Below, piece after piece: positions 17,561 through 26,893 of a stretch of 41,249 bases of DNA (position 1 is its first letter; every line of letters starts with the position of its first letter). The translations under genes were made by a program, and so were the position numbers. The stretch spans positions 1-41,249 of the forward strand of contig JBEVNX010000217.1 in NCBI GenBank assembly GCA_040507895.1. The letters run 5' to 3'. The notes under the pieces are model-generated. The model worked only from the letters and a program-made list of their open reading frames with translations. It had not been told where the DNA came from and did not search any database. This DNA is from Candidatus Binatia bacterium. GTDB lineage: Bacteria; Desulfobacterota; Binatia; JACPRU01.

Positions 17561-18187
17561 ATGGCCAACGATTCATATCGAGTGAAAGAGTTCAACCTTT
17601 CTGGGTTGACCGGCATCTCCGATAGGACCCTCGAGACCCACTTCAAGCTCTATGAGGGCTACGTCAAGGAGACGAACCGGCTCAACGAGAAGATCTCCGA
17701 GCTCATTCGGCACGGCAAGGTCGATCGCGAAGAGATGCCGGAGTATTCCGAGCTCACCCGGCGCCTGGGGTTCGAGTACAACGGAATGACGCTTCACGAG
17801 TACTACTTCGGCAACCTACGGCGCGGCGGCTCCGGCGACCCGGAGCGCACTTCGCGTTTCGCGAAAGCCGTTCGGTCGTCGCTCGGCAGCTATGCGATCT
17901 GGAAGGCGGAGTTCGCCAGCATCGGTCAAATGCGCGGCGTCGGCTGGGCGATCTGCTACGAGGATCCCGAGAACGGCCGGCTCTCGAATCACTGGATCAC
18001 GCTGCATGAGGTCGGCAACGTCGCGGGCTTCCGGCCGATTCTGGTGATGGACGTCTGGGAGCACGCCTATCTGCTCGATTACAAGCCCTCGGAGAAGAAC
18101 AAGTACATCGAGGCGTTCTTCGCCAACATCGACTGGGGGGCGGTCGAAGCACGGCTCGAAGCCGGCGGTACCCGACGCGCCGCTTAG
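17561..18187 (+). CDS. sod: Fe/Mn superoxide dismutase family protein
   Basis: ETHFKLYEGYV, LHEYYF, GWA, MDVWEHAYLLDY; RBS GAGGAG. Confidence 0.9.
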   Translation: MANDSYRVKEFNLSGLTGISDRTLETHFKLYEGYVKETNRLNEKISELIRHGKVDREEMPEYSELTRRLGFEYNGMTLHEYYFGNLRRGGSGDPERTSRFAKAVRSSLGSYAIWKAEFASIGQMRGVGWAICYEDPENGRLSNHWITLHEVGNVAGFRPILVMDVWEHAYLLDYKPSEKNKYIEAFFANIDWGAVEARLEAGGTRRAA

Positions 18188-18243
18188 GTCTCCGACCCGA
18201 GCGCGGGCGGAAGCGAACGGCGAACAAATCAGGAGAACTCGCG

Positions 18244-18432
18244 ATGCATTGGGCTAGGATCTTGAGCGTGACCCTGCTGGCGACCGGCCTCTCGATTGCA
18301 GCCTGCCACTCCTCGGCGAACAAGGGCCCGGCGCAGCGCGCCGGCGAGAAGGTCGACACGGGCATTTCGAAGCTCGGCGAGAAGATGGAGGAAGGGGGCC
18401 AGAAGCTCCAGGACAAGGCGCACGGCGACTAG
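18244..18432 (+). CDS. Small lipoprotein
   Basis: Lipobox IAAC followed by GPAQRAGEKVD; RBS AGGAG. Confidence 0.75.
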   Translation: MHWARILSVTLLATGLSIAACHSSANKGPAQRAGEKVDTGISKLGEKMEEGGQKLQDKAHGD

Positions 18433-18530
18433 CGTAACGTGCGCAGTCCTGGCAGCCCGCTCATACCATCTCCGCCGCGACGGGCCGATCGCTTCGGGCG
18501 CCAAGCCGAAAGAGTCGAATCTCTCACCCG

Positions 18531-21209
18531 ATGGTCACGTCGAACGCGAACCCCGGTCGGCTAGTCCGCTCGGCGACATACCGCGTTCAGCTCCGCGCCG
18601 ACTTCACCTTCGACGATGCCGCCGCGATCGCGGACTATCTCGCCGCACTTTCGATCAGCCACTTGTACTGCTCGCCGTACTTGCAGGCGGCCCCGGGCAG
18701 CACGCACGGCTACGACATCGTCGATCATTCCACGCTGAACAAGGAGCTCGGCGGTGCGCCGGCGCACGCTCGTTTGGCGGAGCGCCTCGCCGCCATGGGT
18801 CTCGGCGAGGTGCTGGACATCGTTCCGAACCACATGGCTTTGGCCGGTCGCGCCAACTCCTGGTGGTGGGGGGTGCTCGAGAACGGCCCATCGAGCCGCT
18901 ATGCCGTGTACTTCGACATCGACTGGAACCCGCCGGACCCGAGACTTTCCGCGACGGTGCTCGTGCCGGTTCTCGGCGACCACTACGGCCGAATGCTCGA
19001 GGCAGGAGAGCTCAGGATCGAGCGCGAAAATGGCTCGTTCGTCGTACGCTACCAAGATCACGAGGCGCCGCTCTCACCACGGAGCCTGGACGATCTTTTG
19101 GACCGAGCGGCCGATGAGGCAGGCTCCGCGGAGCTCGGGAGTCTCGCTCGTGCGTTCGGCGATCTGCCCCACGCCGTGCTGACGCATCCCGATTCCGTCG
19201 AGGAGCGCCATCGCGGCAAGGAATTCTTGCAACAACGGCTGGCGGAGCTCTGCGAGGCTCGCCCGCACGTAGCGGCGGCGATCGACGGCGTGATCGACCG
19301 CATCAACCACGATGCAGACGCGCTCGACGCGCTACTGCGTAGGCAAAACTACCGCCTCGCATACTGGCGCACCGCCAGCGAGGAGCTTTCGTATCGCCGA
19401 TTCTTCAACATCGACACCTTGGTCGGTCTGCGGATGGAGGACGTACGAGTGTTCGCCGATACGCATCGGCTGATCCTCGACCTCGTCGCCGGGGGAATCG
19501 TCGACGGATTGCGTATCGACCACGTCGACGGGCTCCGCGATCCGGAGACCTACCTTCGTCGACTGCGCAACACCTCGGAAAGCACCTACGTGGTGGTGGA
19601 GAAGATCCTCGAGACCGGTGAGAGATTGCCGGAATCGTGGCCCGTGGCAGGGACGACGGGGTACGACTTCCTGAACCGGATCAACAATCTGTTCATCGAC
19701 TCGAGGAACGAAGCGGCGCTCAGCGCTTGCTACGTTCGCTTCAGTGGTGGAAACGACGACTACCGGGACATCGCGTACCGCGCCAAGCTGCAGATCATGA
19801 GGCAGGAGCTAGCGGCCGAGGTCGAACGTCTCACCACGATCTTGGCAGACATCTGCCACAATCACCGGCGGCATCGCGACCACACTCGTCGGGATCTGCG
19901 AGACGCGCTGCGCGAAGTCATCGCCGCTTTCCCGGTCTACCGGACGTACGTCCAGCCCGGCGGGCGCATCAGCGATTCCGACCGCATCTACGTGCAAACA
20001 GCCGTTTTTGGCGCCCAACAGCGGCGTCCGGACCTGGACGGAGAGCTCTTGAGCTTCATCGGCGAGCTGCTCGTCCTCGCCCACAGCGGGAGTGCCGAGA
20101 CCGAGTTCGCGTTGCGCTTTGCTCAGCTCACTCCGCCCGTCATCGCCAAGGGCGTAGAGGACACGGCATTCTACCGCTACCATCGCCTGATTTCTCTCAA
20201 CGAAGTCGGCGGCGATCCGTCGCTCTTCGGCGCACCCCTCGAGGACTTCCACCGCGCGACGGCCGAAGCAGCCGAGCGCTGGCCGGAGGCGATGCTCACG
20301 CTCTCTACGCACGACACCAAGCGGAGCGGTGACGTGCGGGCGCGGCTCAACCTCCTCTCCGAGCTCCCGGACGCATGGGAGCAGGCGGTACGGCGCTGGA
20401 CGGAGCGGAACGAGGCGCGCAAACGGGGCGAATGGCCCGACGCCAATACGGAGTATCTACTCTATCAAACTCTGCTCGGGGCGTGGCCGATCACGGCAGA
20501 GCGCGCCCGAGCGTTCATGGCGAAGGCGACCAAGGAGGCCAAAGTCCACACGTCCTGGATCAATCCGAACCCGGAATACGACGAAGCGCTGCAGCGGTTC
20601 GTGATGGACGTGCTCGGCGACCAAGACTTCGTCGCCGACCTCGAGGGTTTCCTCCGCGAACACCGCCTCGTCGAACGCGGGCGGATCAACTCGCTTTCGC
20701 AAACCGCGCTGCTGCTCACCTGCCCGGGCGTTCCCGACATCTACCAGGGAACCGAAGTCTGGGACTTTTCGCTGGTCGACCCCGACAACCGCCGAGCCGT
20801 CGACTACGACTATCGGCGCCGCCTGCTCCAAGATCTCTCCGGGGCGGGCCCCGAAGTGGCGCTGGACAAGGCCGAGGAAGGCGGACCGAAGCTGTGGCTG
20901 ATTCACCGCGTGCTCGGCCATCGGCAACGGCATCCCCGAGCGTACGGGCCGTCCTCTCGCTACGAGCCGCTTCGCGCCTCGGGTGCGAAAGCGGAACACC
21001 TCGTGGCGTTCGAGCGTAGCGGCGGTCTCGTCGTTCTCGTTCCCCGCCTGCTCGTGCGACTCGGTGATGATTGGAACGGCACGACCGTCGCACTCCCGCG
21101 CGGGGCGTGGGTCAACATCCTCTCCAACGAATCCGTAGACGGCGGGGATGTCGCCGTCCGCGCTTTCCTCCGTCGGTTTCCCGTGGCCGTGTTGGCCCGT
21201 GACGACTGA
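18531..21209 (+). CDS. treY: Maltooligosyl trehalose synthase
   Basis: ATYRVQL, GSTHGYD, DIVPNHM, YRRFF, GLRIDHVDGL, AKGVEDTAFY, STHDTKRSGDVRAR, LVDPDNRR. Confidence 0.97.
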   Translation: MVTSNANPGRLVRSATYRVQLRADFTFDDAAAIADYLAALSISHLYCSPYLQAAPGSTHGYDIVDHSTLNKELGGAPAHARLAERLAAMGLGEVLDIVPNHMALAGRANSWWWGVLENGPSSRYAVYFDIDWNPPDPRLSATVLVPVLGDHYGRMLEAGELRIERENGSFVVRYQDHEAPLSPRSLDDLLDRAADEAGSAELGSLARAFGDLPHAVLTHPDSVEERHRGKEFLQQRLAELCEARPHVAAAIDGVIDRINHDADALDALLRRQNYRLAYWRTASEELSYRRFFNIDTLVGLRMEDVRVFADTHRLILDLVAGGIVDGLRIDHVDGLRDPETYLRRLRNTSESTYVVVEKILETGERLPESWPVAGTTGYDFLNRINNLFIDSRNEAALSACYVRFSGGNDDYRDIAYRAKLQIMRQELAAEVERLTTILADICHNHRRHRDHTRRDLRDALREVIAAFPVYRTYVQPGGRISDSDRIYVQTAVFGAQQRRPDLDGELLSFIGELLVLAHSGSAETEFALRFAQLTPPVIAKGVEDTAFYRYHRLISLNEVGGDPSLFGAPLEDFHRATAEAAERWPEAMLTLSTHDTKRSGDVRARLNLLSELPDAWEQAVRRWTERNEARKRGEWPDANTEYLLYQTLLGAWPITAERARAFMAKATKEAKVHTSWINPNPEYDEALQRFVMDVLGDQDFVADLEGFLREHRLVERGRINSLSQTALLLTCPGVPDIYQGTEVWDFSLVDPDNRRAVDYDYRRRLLQDLSGAGPEVALDKAEEGGPKLWLIHRVLGHRQRHPRAYGPSSRYEPLRASGAKAEHLVAFERSGGLVVLVPRLLVRLGDDWNGTTVALPRGAWVNILSNESVDGGDVAVRAFLRRFPVAVLARDD

Positions 21210-22945
21210 TGCACGAGTTTCGCGTCTGGGCACCGCGGCCCAAGCGGGTCGATCTCTTGCTCGGCACACGACGCCTCCGTATGGAGCCGTTCACTCGCGG
21301 GTGGTGGCGCCTCGCCGTCGAGGACGCAGCGCCAGGCACGGACTACACCTTCAGTCTGGACGGCGGGCCGCCTCGGCCCGATCCCCGCTCGGCGTTCCAG
21401 CCCTCCGGCATCGACGGTCCTTCGCGGCTCGTCGACCACGACGTCTTCGAGTGGCGAGACGGCGGCTGGAGAGGCGTGACCCTCTCGGGAGCCGTCCTCT
21501 ACGAGCTCCACGTGGGCACGTTCTCGGCAGCGGGCACGTTCGACGGCGCGATCGAGCATCTCGAGCACCTCGTAGCGCTCGGCGTCGACATCATCGAGAT
21601 CATGCCGGTCGCGGAATTCTCGGGTGACCGAGGTTGGGGCTACGACGGGGTAGACCTCTTCGCTCCTCATCACCACTACGGCGGTCCTGATGGGCTCAAG
21701 CGCCTGATCGACGCTTGCCACGCGCGGGGGCTGGGAGTGGTCCTGGACGTCGTCTACAACCACCTCGGCCCCGCCGGAAACTACTTGGCAGAGTTCGGTC
21801 CCTACTTCTCCGATCGCCACCGAACGCATTGGGGCGAGGGCGTAAACTTCGACGGGCCCGGCAGCGAGGAGGTGCGCCGCTTCGTGATCGACAATGCGCT
21901 CATGTGGCTGCGGGACTATCACTGCGATGGGCTGCGCCTCGACGCGGTGCACGCAATCGTGGACGAGTCGGCGACGCACGTCCTTGAAGCGCTGGCAGCC
22001 GAAGTCGGCGCCCTCGCTGCCCACTTGCGGCGGCCACTCTCGCTCATCGCCGAAAGCGATCGCAACGACCCGAAGCTCGTGCGTAGCCGCGACGCGGGAG
22101 GCTTCGGTCTCGACGCGGCATGGGCCGACGAGTGGCACCATGCTCTGCATGCGGTCCTGACGGGCGAGCGCGGCGGGTACTACGCGGATTTCGGTTCCAT
22201 TCCACTTCTGGCCAAGGCGCTTCGCCAGGCCTGGGTCCATGATGGCATCTGGTCGGAGTACCGCCGTCGCGTGCACGGGCGACCGCCAATCGGTCTGTCC
22301 GGACGACAGTTCGTGATTTCCATCCAGAACCACGACCAGGTCGGGAACCGCGCGGCCGGCGAGCGCGCAACCAGCTTGATGAACGACGGGCGACGGCGGG
22401 TCGCTGTCGCCTTGCTCCTCACCTCTCCCTTCGTGCCGATGCTCTTTCAGGGTGAAGAATGGAGCGCCAGTACGCCGTTTCAGTATTTCACCGACCACGC
22501 GGACCCGGAGTTGGCTCGGACGGTCAGCGATGGGCGCCGAAGCGAGTTCGCAGCATTCGGCTGGAAACCCGAAGACGTCCCCGATCCGCAGGACCCTGCT
22601 ACGTTCGAACGATCGAAGCTCGATTGGTCCGAAGCTACACAAGGCGCGCACGGCGATCTGCTCTCCTGGTATCGAGAGCTCATCGCCTTGCGCCGTCGCA
22701 TCCCGGATCTCAGTGACCCGCGTCTCGATCGCATCGAGACACGCTGCGATGAGGCAGGCGGAGTGTCGATCGAGCGCGGACCCGTGACGGTGGCGGTCAA
22801 CTTGAGCTCTCGTAGCCGCGCGATCGAGCTGAACCCTCGCGCCGAGCTCGTGGCCGCCTCGTCAGTGGACGTGGAGCACACCGGCCAGCGGATCGTGCTG
22901 CCGCCGGACACTGTCGCCATTCTCGTCGACGAGGCCGCGCCATGA
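21209..22945 (+). CDS. treZ: Maltooligosyl trehalose trehalohydrolase
   Basis: FRVWAP, YELHVGTF, WGYDGV, DVVYNHLGP, GLRLDAVHAI, QNHDQVGNRA, PDPQDPATF; TGATG coupling to treY. Confidence 0.97.
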   Translation: MHEFRVWAPRPKRVDLLLGTRRLRMEPFTRGWWRLAVEDAAPGTDYTFSLDGGPPRPDPRSAFQPSGIDGPSRLVDHDVFEWRDGGWRGVTLSGAVLYELHVGTFSAAGTFDGAIEHLEHLVALGVDIIEIMPVAEFSGDRGWGYDGVDLFAPHHHYGGPDGLKRLIDACHARGLGVVLDVVYNHLGPAGNYLAEFGPYFSDRHRTHWGEGVNFDGPGSEEVRRFVIDNALMWLRDYHCDGLRLDAVHAIVDESATHVLEALAAEVGALAAHLRRPLSLIAESDRNDPKLVRSRDAGGFGLDAAWADEWHHALHAVLTGERGGYYADFGSIPLLAKALRQAWVHDGIWSEYRRRVHGRPPIGLSGRQFVISIQNHDQVGNRAAGERATSLMNDGRRRVAVALLLTSPFVPMLFQGEEWSASTPFQYFTDHADPELARTVSDGRRSEFAAFGWKPEDVPDPQDPATFERSKLDWSEATQGAHGDLLSWYRELIALRRRIPDLSDPRLDRIETRCDEAGGVSIERGPVTVAVNLSSRSRAIELNPRAELVAASSVDVEHTGQRIVLPPDTVAILVDEAAP

Positions 22946-25050
22946 ATGACGCGATCGAGACTTGGCCCGGTCGGCCATACCCGCTCGGAGCCGTCTATGA
23001 CGGAGCCGGCACGAACTTCTCGGTCTTCTCCGAGGTCGCCGAAGCCATCGATCTCTGCCTCTTCGACGAAGACGGCACCGAGCACTCCGTCGCTCTACGA
23101 GAGATCGACGCCTACTGCTGGCACGCCTACCTGCTCGGCGTGACGCCCGGGCAACGCTATGGTTACCGCGTTCATGGGCCGTGGGCGCCCGAGCAGGGAC
23201 AGCGCTGCAATCCGGCGAAGCTGCTTCTCGATCCCTATGCGAAGGCCGTCGAAGGCCTGGTCGACTGGGACCAAGCCTGCTTCCCTTACACCTTCGGCGA
23301 CGAGAGCGCGCGCAACGACCAGAACAGCGCGCCGCACGTTCCGAAGGCGGTCGTTCACAATCCCTACTTCGACTGGGGCAAGGACCGTTCTCCGAACGTG
23401 CCGCTCAACGAGTCGATCCTCTACGAAGTTCACGTCAAAGGCTTCACCGCGCGCCATCCAGCCATTCCCCACAGACAGCGAGGCACCTATGCGGGCTTGG
23501 CTCATCCGGCGGCCATCGAATATCTGGCCGCGCTCGGTATCACGGCCGTCGAGCTGCTACCCGTTCATCAGTTCGTCCACGACGCGCACCTGGTGGAGCG
23601 CGGGCTTCGCAACTACTGGGGCTACAATTCCATCGGGTTCTTCGCTCCCCACAACGAATACGCGTCGACCGGACAGGCCGGCGAACAGGTGACCGAGTTC
23701 AAGACCATGGTGCGGACGCTGCACGAGGCCGGGATCGAGGTCATTCTCGACGTGGTCTACAACCACACCGCCGAAGGCAATCACCTCGGGCCGATTCTCT
23801 CGCTGAAAGGAATCGACAACTCGGCCTACTACCGCCTCGTCGCCGACAACCGCTCGTTCTACTACGACACCACCGGTACCGGAAACAGCCTGAATGTTCG
23901 CCACCCCCATACACTGCAACTGATCATGGATTCGCTTCGCTATTGGGTGACGGAGATGCACGTCGACGGCTTTCGCTTCGATCTGGCTGCGAGCCTCGCC
24001 CGACAGTTCCACGAAGTCGACCGGCTCTCCGCGTTCTTCGACCTCATCCAGCAGGACCCGGTCGTCTCCCAAGTCAAGCTCATCGCCGAGCCCTGGGACA
24101 TCGGTGAAGGCGGCTACCAGGTGGGCAACTTTCCCGCTCTGTGGTCCGAATGGAACGGCCGCTACCGTGATACGGTTCGCGATTTCTGGCGCGGAGAGTC
24201 GGCGACTCTGGGCGAGTTCGCGTCCCGTCTCACCGGCAGCTCCGACCTCTATCAGGCCGACATGCGCCGCCCCGGGGCAAGCATCAACTTCGTAACCGCC
24301 CACGACGGATTTACTTTGGAAGATCTGGTCTCGTACAACGAGAAGCATAACGACGCGAACGGGGAAGGCGGTGCCGACGGCGAGAGCCACAACCGTTCGT
24401 GGAACTGCGGGGCCGAAGGTGGGACGGAGGACGCCGCCGTCCTGACCTGCAGAGCCCGCCAAAAGCGGAACTTCCTCGCCACCCTTCTGCTCTCGCAGGG
24501 AGTGCCGATGCTGCTCGGCGGTGACGAGGCCGGGCGCACCCAAGGCGGAAACAACAATGCTTACTGTCAGGACAACGAGGTCTCTTGGTTCGATTGGCAA
24601 AACGTCGACGAGGCCCTTCTCGCATTCGCCAGGCGATTGATCGATCTGCGCAAGCGCCACCCCGTTTTCCGCCGCCGGCGCTGGTTCCAAGGACGCCCGA
24701 TCCGCGGCACCGTCGACCTCGGCTGGTGCAAGCCCGACGGTGCGGAGATGAGCGACAACGACTGGGAAGTGGGCTTCGCCCGCTCCGTAGGCGTGTTTCT
24801 CAACGGATCGGGCATCACCGATCGCGATCGTCGCGGCCGGCGAATCACCGATGAGTCGTTTCTGCTGCTGTTCAACGCCCACGACGAGCGGATCGATTGG
24901 ACGCTGCCAAGACAATGGGGAAAAGAGTGGACGGCCATCTTGGATACTGCCGATGACGCACGGGCAGCACAGACGGTGGCCGGGGGAAGCGTCGCAGCAA
25001 TCTCCGGCCGGTCGGTAGTGGTGTTCCGTCTTGGCGCAACCGGGCACTGA
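22942..25050 (+). CDS. glgX: Glycogen debranching enzyme GlgX/TreX
   Basis: PGRPYPLGA, KLLLDPYAKA, NYWGYN, DVVYNHTAEG, DGFRFDLA, AEPWD, NFVTAHDGFTL, GNNNAYCQDN. Confidence 0.97.
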   Translation: MNDAIETWPGRPYPLGAVYDGAGTNFSVFSEVAEAIDLCLFDEDGTEHSVALREIDAYCWHAYLLGVTPGQRYGYRVHGPWAPEQGQRCNPAKLLLDPYAKAVEGLVDWDQACFPYTFGDESARNDQNSAPHVPKAVVHNPYFDWGKDRSPNVPLNESILYEVHVKGFTARHPAIPHRQRGTYAGLAHPAAIEYLAALGITAVELLPVHQFVHDAHLVERGLRNYWGYNSIGFFAPHNEYASTGQAGEQVTEFKTMVRTLHEAGIEVILDVVYNHTAEGNHLGPILSLKGIDNSAYYRLVADNRSFYYDTTGTGNSLNVRHPHTLQLIMDSLRYWVTEMHVDGFRFDLAASLARQFHEVDRLSAFFDLIQQDPVVSQVKLIAEPWDIGEGGYQVGNFPALWSEWNGRYRDTVRDFWRGESATLGEFASRLTGSSDLYQADMRRPGASINFVTAHDGFTLEDLVSYNEKHNDANGEGGADGESHNRSWNCGAEGGTEDAAVLTCRARQKRNFLATLLLSQGVPMLLGGDEAGRTQGGNNNAYCQDNEVSWFDWQNVDEALLAFARRLIDLRKRHPVFRRRRWFQGRPIRGTVDLGWCKPDGAEMSDNDWEVGFARSVGVFLNGSGITDRDRRGRRITDESFLLLFNAHDERIDWTLPRQWGKEWTAILDTADDARAAQTVAGGSVAAISGRSVVVFRLGATGH

Positions 25051-25115
25051 GGGCCGTGTTTGATTTTGCAGTCCGCAGTTTGGCCGAGCGCGCAACGCGC
25101 ATGACGTAGAGCGTT

Positions 25116-25145
25116 GTCGCGAAGAGTAGGGTCGCGAAGAGTAGG
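25116..25145 (+). repeat. Perfect 15-bp tandem duplication
   Basis: gtcgcgaagagtagg repeated twice. Confidence 0.85.
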
Positions 25146-25181
25146 AGGGGCGATGTTCCACCGTCCCGTATGAAAAGCCGC

Positions 25182-25206
25182 GTAACGACAGAAGCTCAAT
25201 CGGGTT
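25182..25206 (+). promoter_or_regulatory. ECF-type promoter GTAAC-N17-GTT upstream of the DUF3309-like gene and stressosome operon
   Basis: gtaac gacagaagctcaatcgg gtt; a second copy GCAAC-N16-GTT lies at 25092-25115. Confidence 0.6.
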
Positions 25207-25250
25207 CTAGCTAGCCGAGCGACGCACGAGCGCGCTCGCCAGGAGGCCCT

Positions 25251-25397
25251 ATGTCCCCTCTGCTATTGATTCTGATCTTGCTCTTGCTGTTCGGCGGTGG
25301 CGGTGGCTACTACGCGTACGGACCAACGGGTGGACTCGGAATCGGCGGGATCATCCTCCTCGTCTTGATCGTGTTGCTCCTCACAGGACGATTGTAG
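25251..25397 (+). CDS. 48-aa membrane microprotein, DUF3309-like
   Basis: Not in ORF track. RBS AGGAGG; MSPLLLILILLLLFGGGGGYYAYGPTGGLGIGGIILLVLIVLLLTGRL. Confidence 0.85.
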   Translation: MSPLLLILILLLLFGGGGGYYAYGPTGGLGIGGIILLVLIVLLLTGRL

Positions 25398-25614
25398 ATT
25401 CGACGCATTCGACGCTTGCGAGCCCGGAGCGGAGGTGGGTCGGCCATCGACCCCTTCCGCTCCCCCACCCCAACTCTACAACCCGTTTCGCCTCCCTGCG
25501 GGCGGCAATCGGCGACCCTCCGCGGACGCCAAATTTGCAACTTGCGGCCCGTCCAGATCCATCCTAAGACCGGGAGTCCCCTGAGAGTGTGACTCGTCCG
25601 TTCGCGGAGGATCA

Positions 25615-26472
25615 ATGAGCGTCGGCAGAAGCACCACCCGAATTCCCGAGATCGTTCGCGACCACGAGCAAGATCTGCTCTCGAGATGGGTCAGCAACCA
25701 GATGGCCACCTCGAGCCTGCGTCCGGGCTTGATGAGCGAAAGCGATCTCCGCGATCAGTCGAGGAAGTTCCTCGGCTTTTTTCGCGCCGGGCTACAGAGC
25801 CAAGACGGGGTACTCGACGTCGATACCTCGGGCTGGAGCGAGGCTCGCGAGCTGCTGGGCGACATCTCGAAGGTCCGCGCCCGACAGGGATTCACCCCGA
25901 GCGAGACCGCCACCTTCGTGTTCTCGCTCAAGCAACCGCTCTTCGAACGGCTTCGGGTCGCATATGGCGAGGACGTCGACGGATTCGCCCGGGAGACCTG
26001 GACGGCGACGGTGCTGCTCGACAAGCTCGGCCTCTTCACGACCGAAGTCTTTCAGAAGGGGCGCGAGGAGGTGATCGCGCTCCAGCAGCAGGAAATGCTC
26101 GAGCTGTCCACTCCGGTGGTGCAGCTCTGGGAAGGCATCTTGGCTTTGCCCTTGATCGGCACCCTCGACAGCGCCCGCACGCAAGTCGTGATGGAGAGTC
26201 TGCTGCAAAGGATCGTCGACACTGGCGCGCAGATCGCCATCATCGACATCACCGGCGTGGCGACGGTCGACACGCTGGTCGCCCAGCACCTGCTGAAGAC
26301 CATCGCCGCGGCGCGGTTGATGGGCGCCGAATGCTACATCAGCGGCATCCGGCCGCAGATCGCGCAGACGATCGTTCATCTCGGCGTCGAGCTGAACGAC
26401 GTCGTGACGAAAGCGACGCTCGCCGATGCGCTGCGCATCGCGGTGGAGCGTAGCGGATTCAAAATCGTATAA
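25615..26472 (+). CDS. rsbR: Stressosome scaffold RsbR (N-terminal globin-like domain plus STAS)
   Basis: RARQGFTPSETATFVFSLK; ELSTPVVQLW...LPLIGTLDSAR; IDITGV..VDT.VAQHL; GIRPQIAQT. Confidence 0.93.
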   Translation: MSVGRSTTRIPEIVRDHEQDLLSRWVSNQMATSSLRPGLMSESDLRDQSRKFLGFFRAGLQSQDGVLDVDTSGWSEARELLGDISKVRARQGFTPSETATFVFSLKQPLFERLRVAYGEDVDGFARETWTATVLLDKLGLFTTEVFQKGREEVIALQQQEMLELSTPVVQLWEGILALPLIGTLDSARTQVVMESLLQRIVDTGAQIAIIDITGVATVDTLVAQHLLKTIAAARLMGAECYISGIRPQIAQTIVHLGVELNDVVTKATLADALRIAVERSGFKIV

Positions 26473-26503
26473 GGCCTGCTTCGATCGCTTGAGCGGGAGC
26501 TCG

Positions 26504-26893
26504 ATGGAGCGCATTCCTATCCTGCGAATGGGCGACTGCCTGCTCGTGACGATCCAGGTCGACATGCACGATCGGCTTGCGCTGACGCTGCAAACCGACC
26601 TCACCGAGCGGATCGCGGCGACTCGCGCCAAGGGGGTGCTCATCGACATCTCGGCGCTCGAAGTCGTCGATTCGTTCATCGGCCGCGTCCTCGGCAACAT
26701 CGCGGCGATGTCCCGTGTGCTCGACGCCAGCACAGTGGTGGTCGGCATGCGTCCGGCGGTGGCGATTACGCTCGTGGAGCTCGGGCTCTCCTTGCCCGGG
26801 ATTCGTACGGCGCTCGACGTCGAGAAAGGCATGGAGCTCATCCGCGCGACCCTTGCACGGCCGACGAGAACCAATGGCCGTCTTAAGGCATGA
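26504..26893 (+). CDS. rsbS: Stressosome STAS protein RsbS
   Basis: MERIPIL...IDISALEVVDSFI (phospho-Ser site)...GMRPAVAITLVELG. Confidence 0.95.
   Translation: MERIPILRMGDCLLVTIQVDMHDRLALTLQTDLTERIAATRAKGVLIDISALEVVDSFIGRVLGNIAAMSRVLDASTVVVGMRPAVAITLVELGLSLPGIRTALDVEKGMELIRATLARPTRTNGRLKA

Noticed and set aside
18434-18460. GTAAC upstream of treY (and GCAAC at 25537 upstream of rsbR) as motif copies
   Set aside because: No GTT at 16-17 nt spacing, so not counted.
25116-25145. Possible CRISPR or att site
   Set aside because: Only two adjacent 15-bp copies with no spacer, and no cas or integrase genes.
20960-25161. Long antisense ORFs (563 aa and 534 aa) opposite treZ and glgX
   Set aside because: Shadow ORFs expected from high-GC codon bias; the sense genes are clearly identified.
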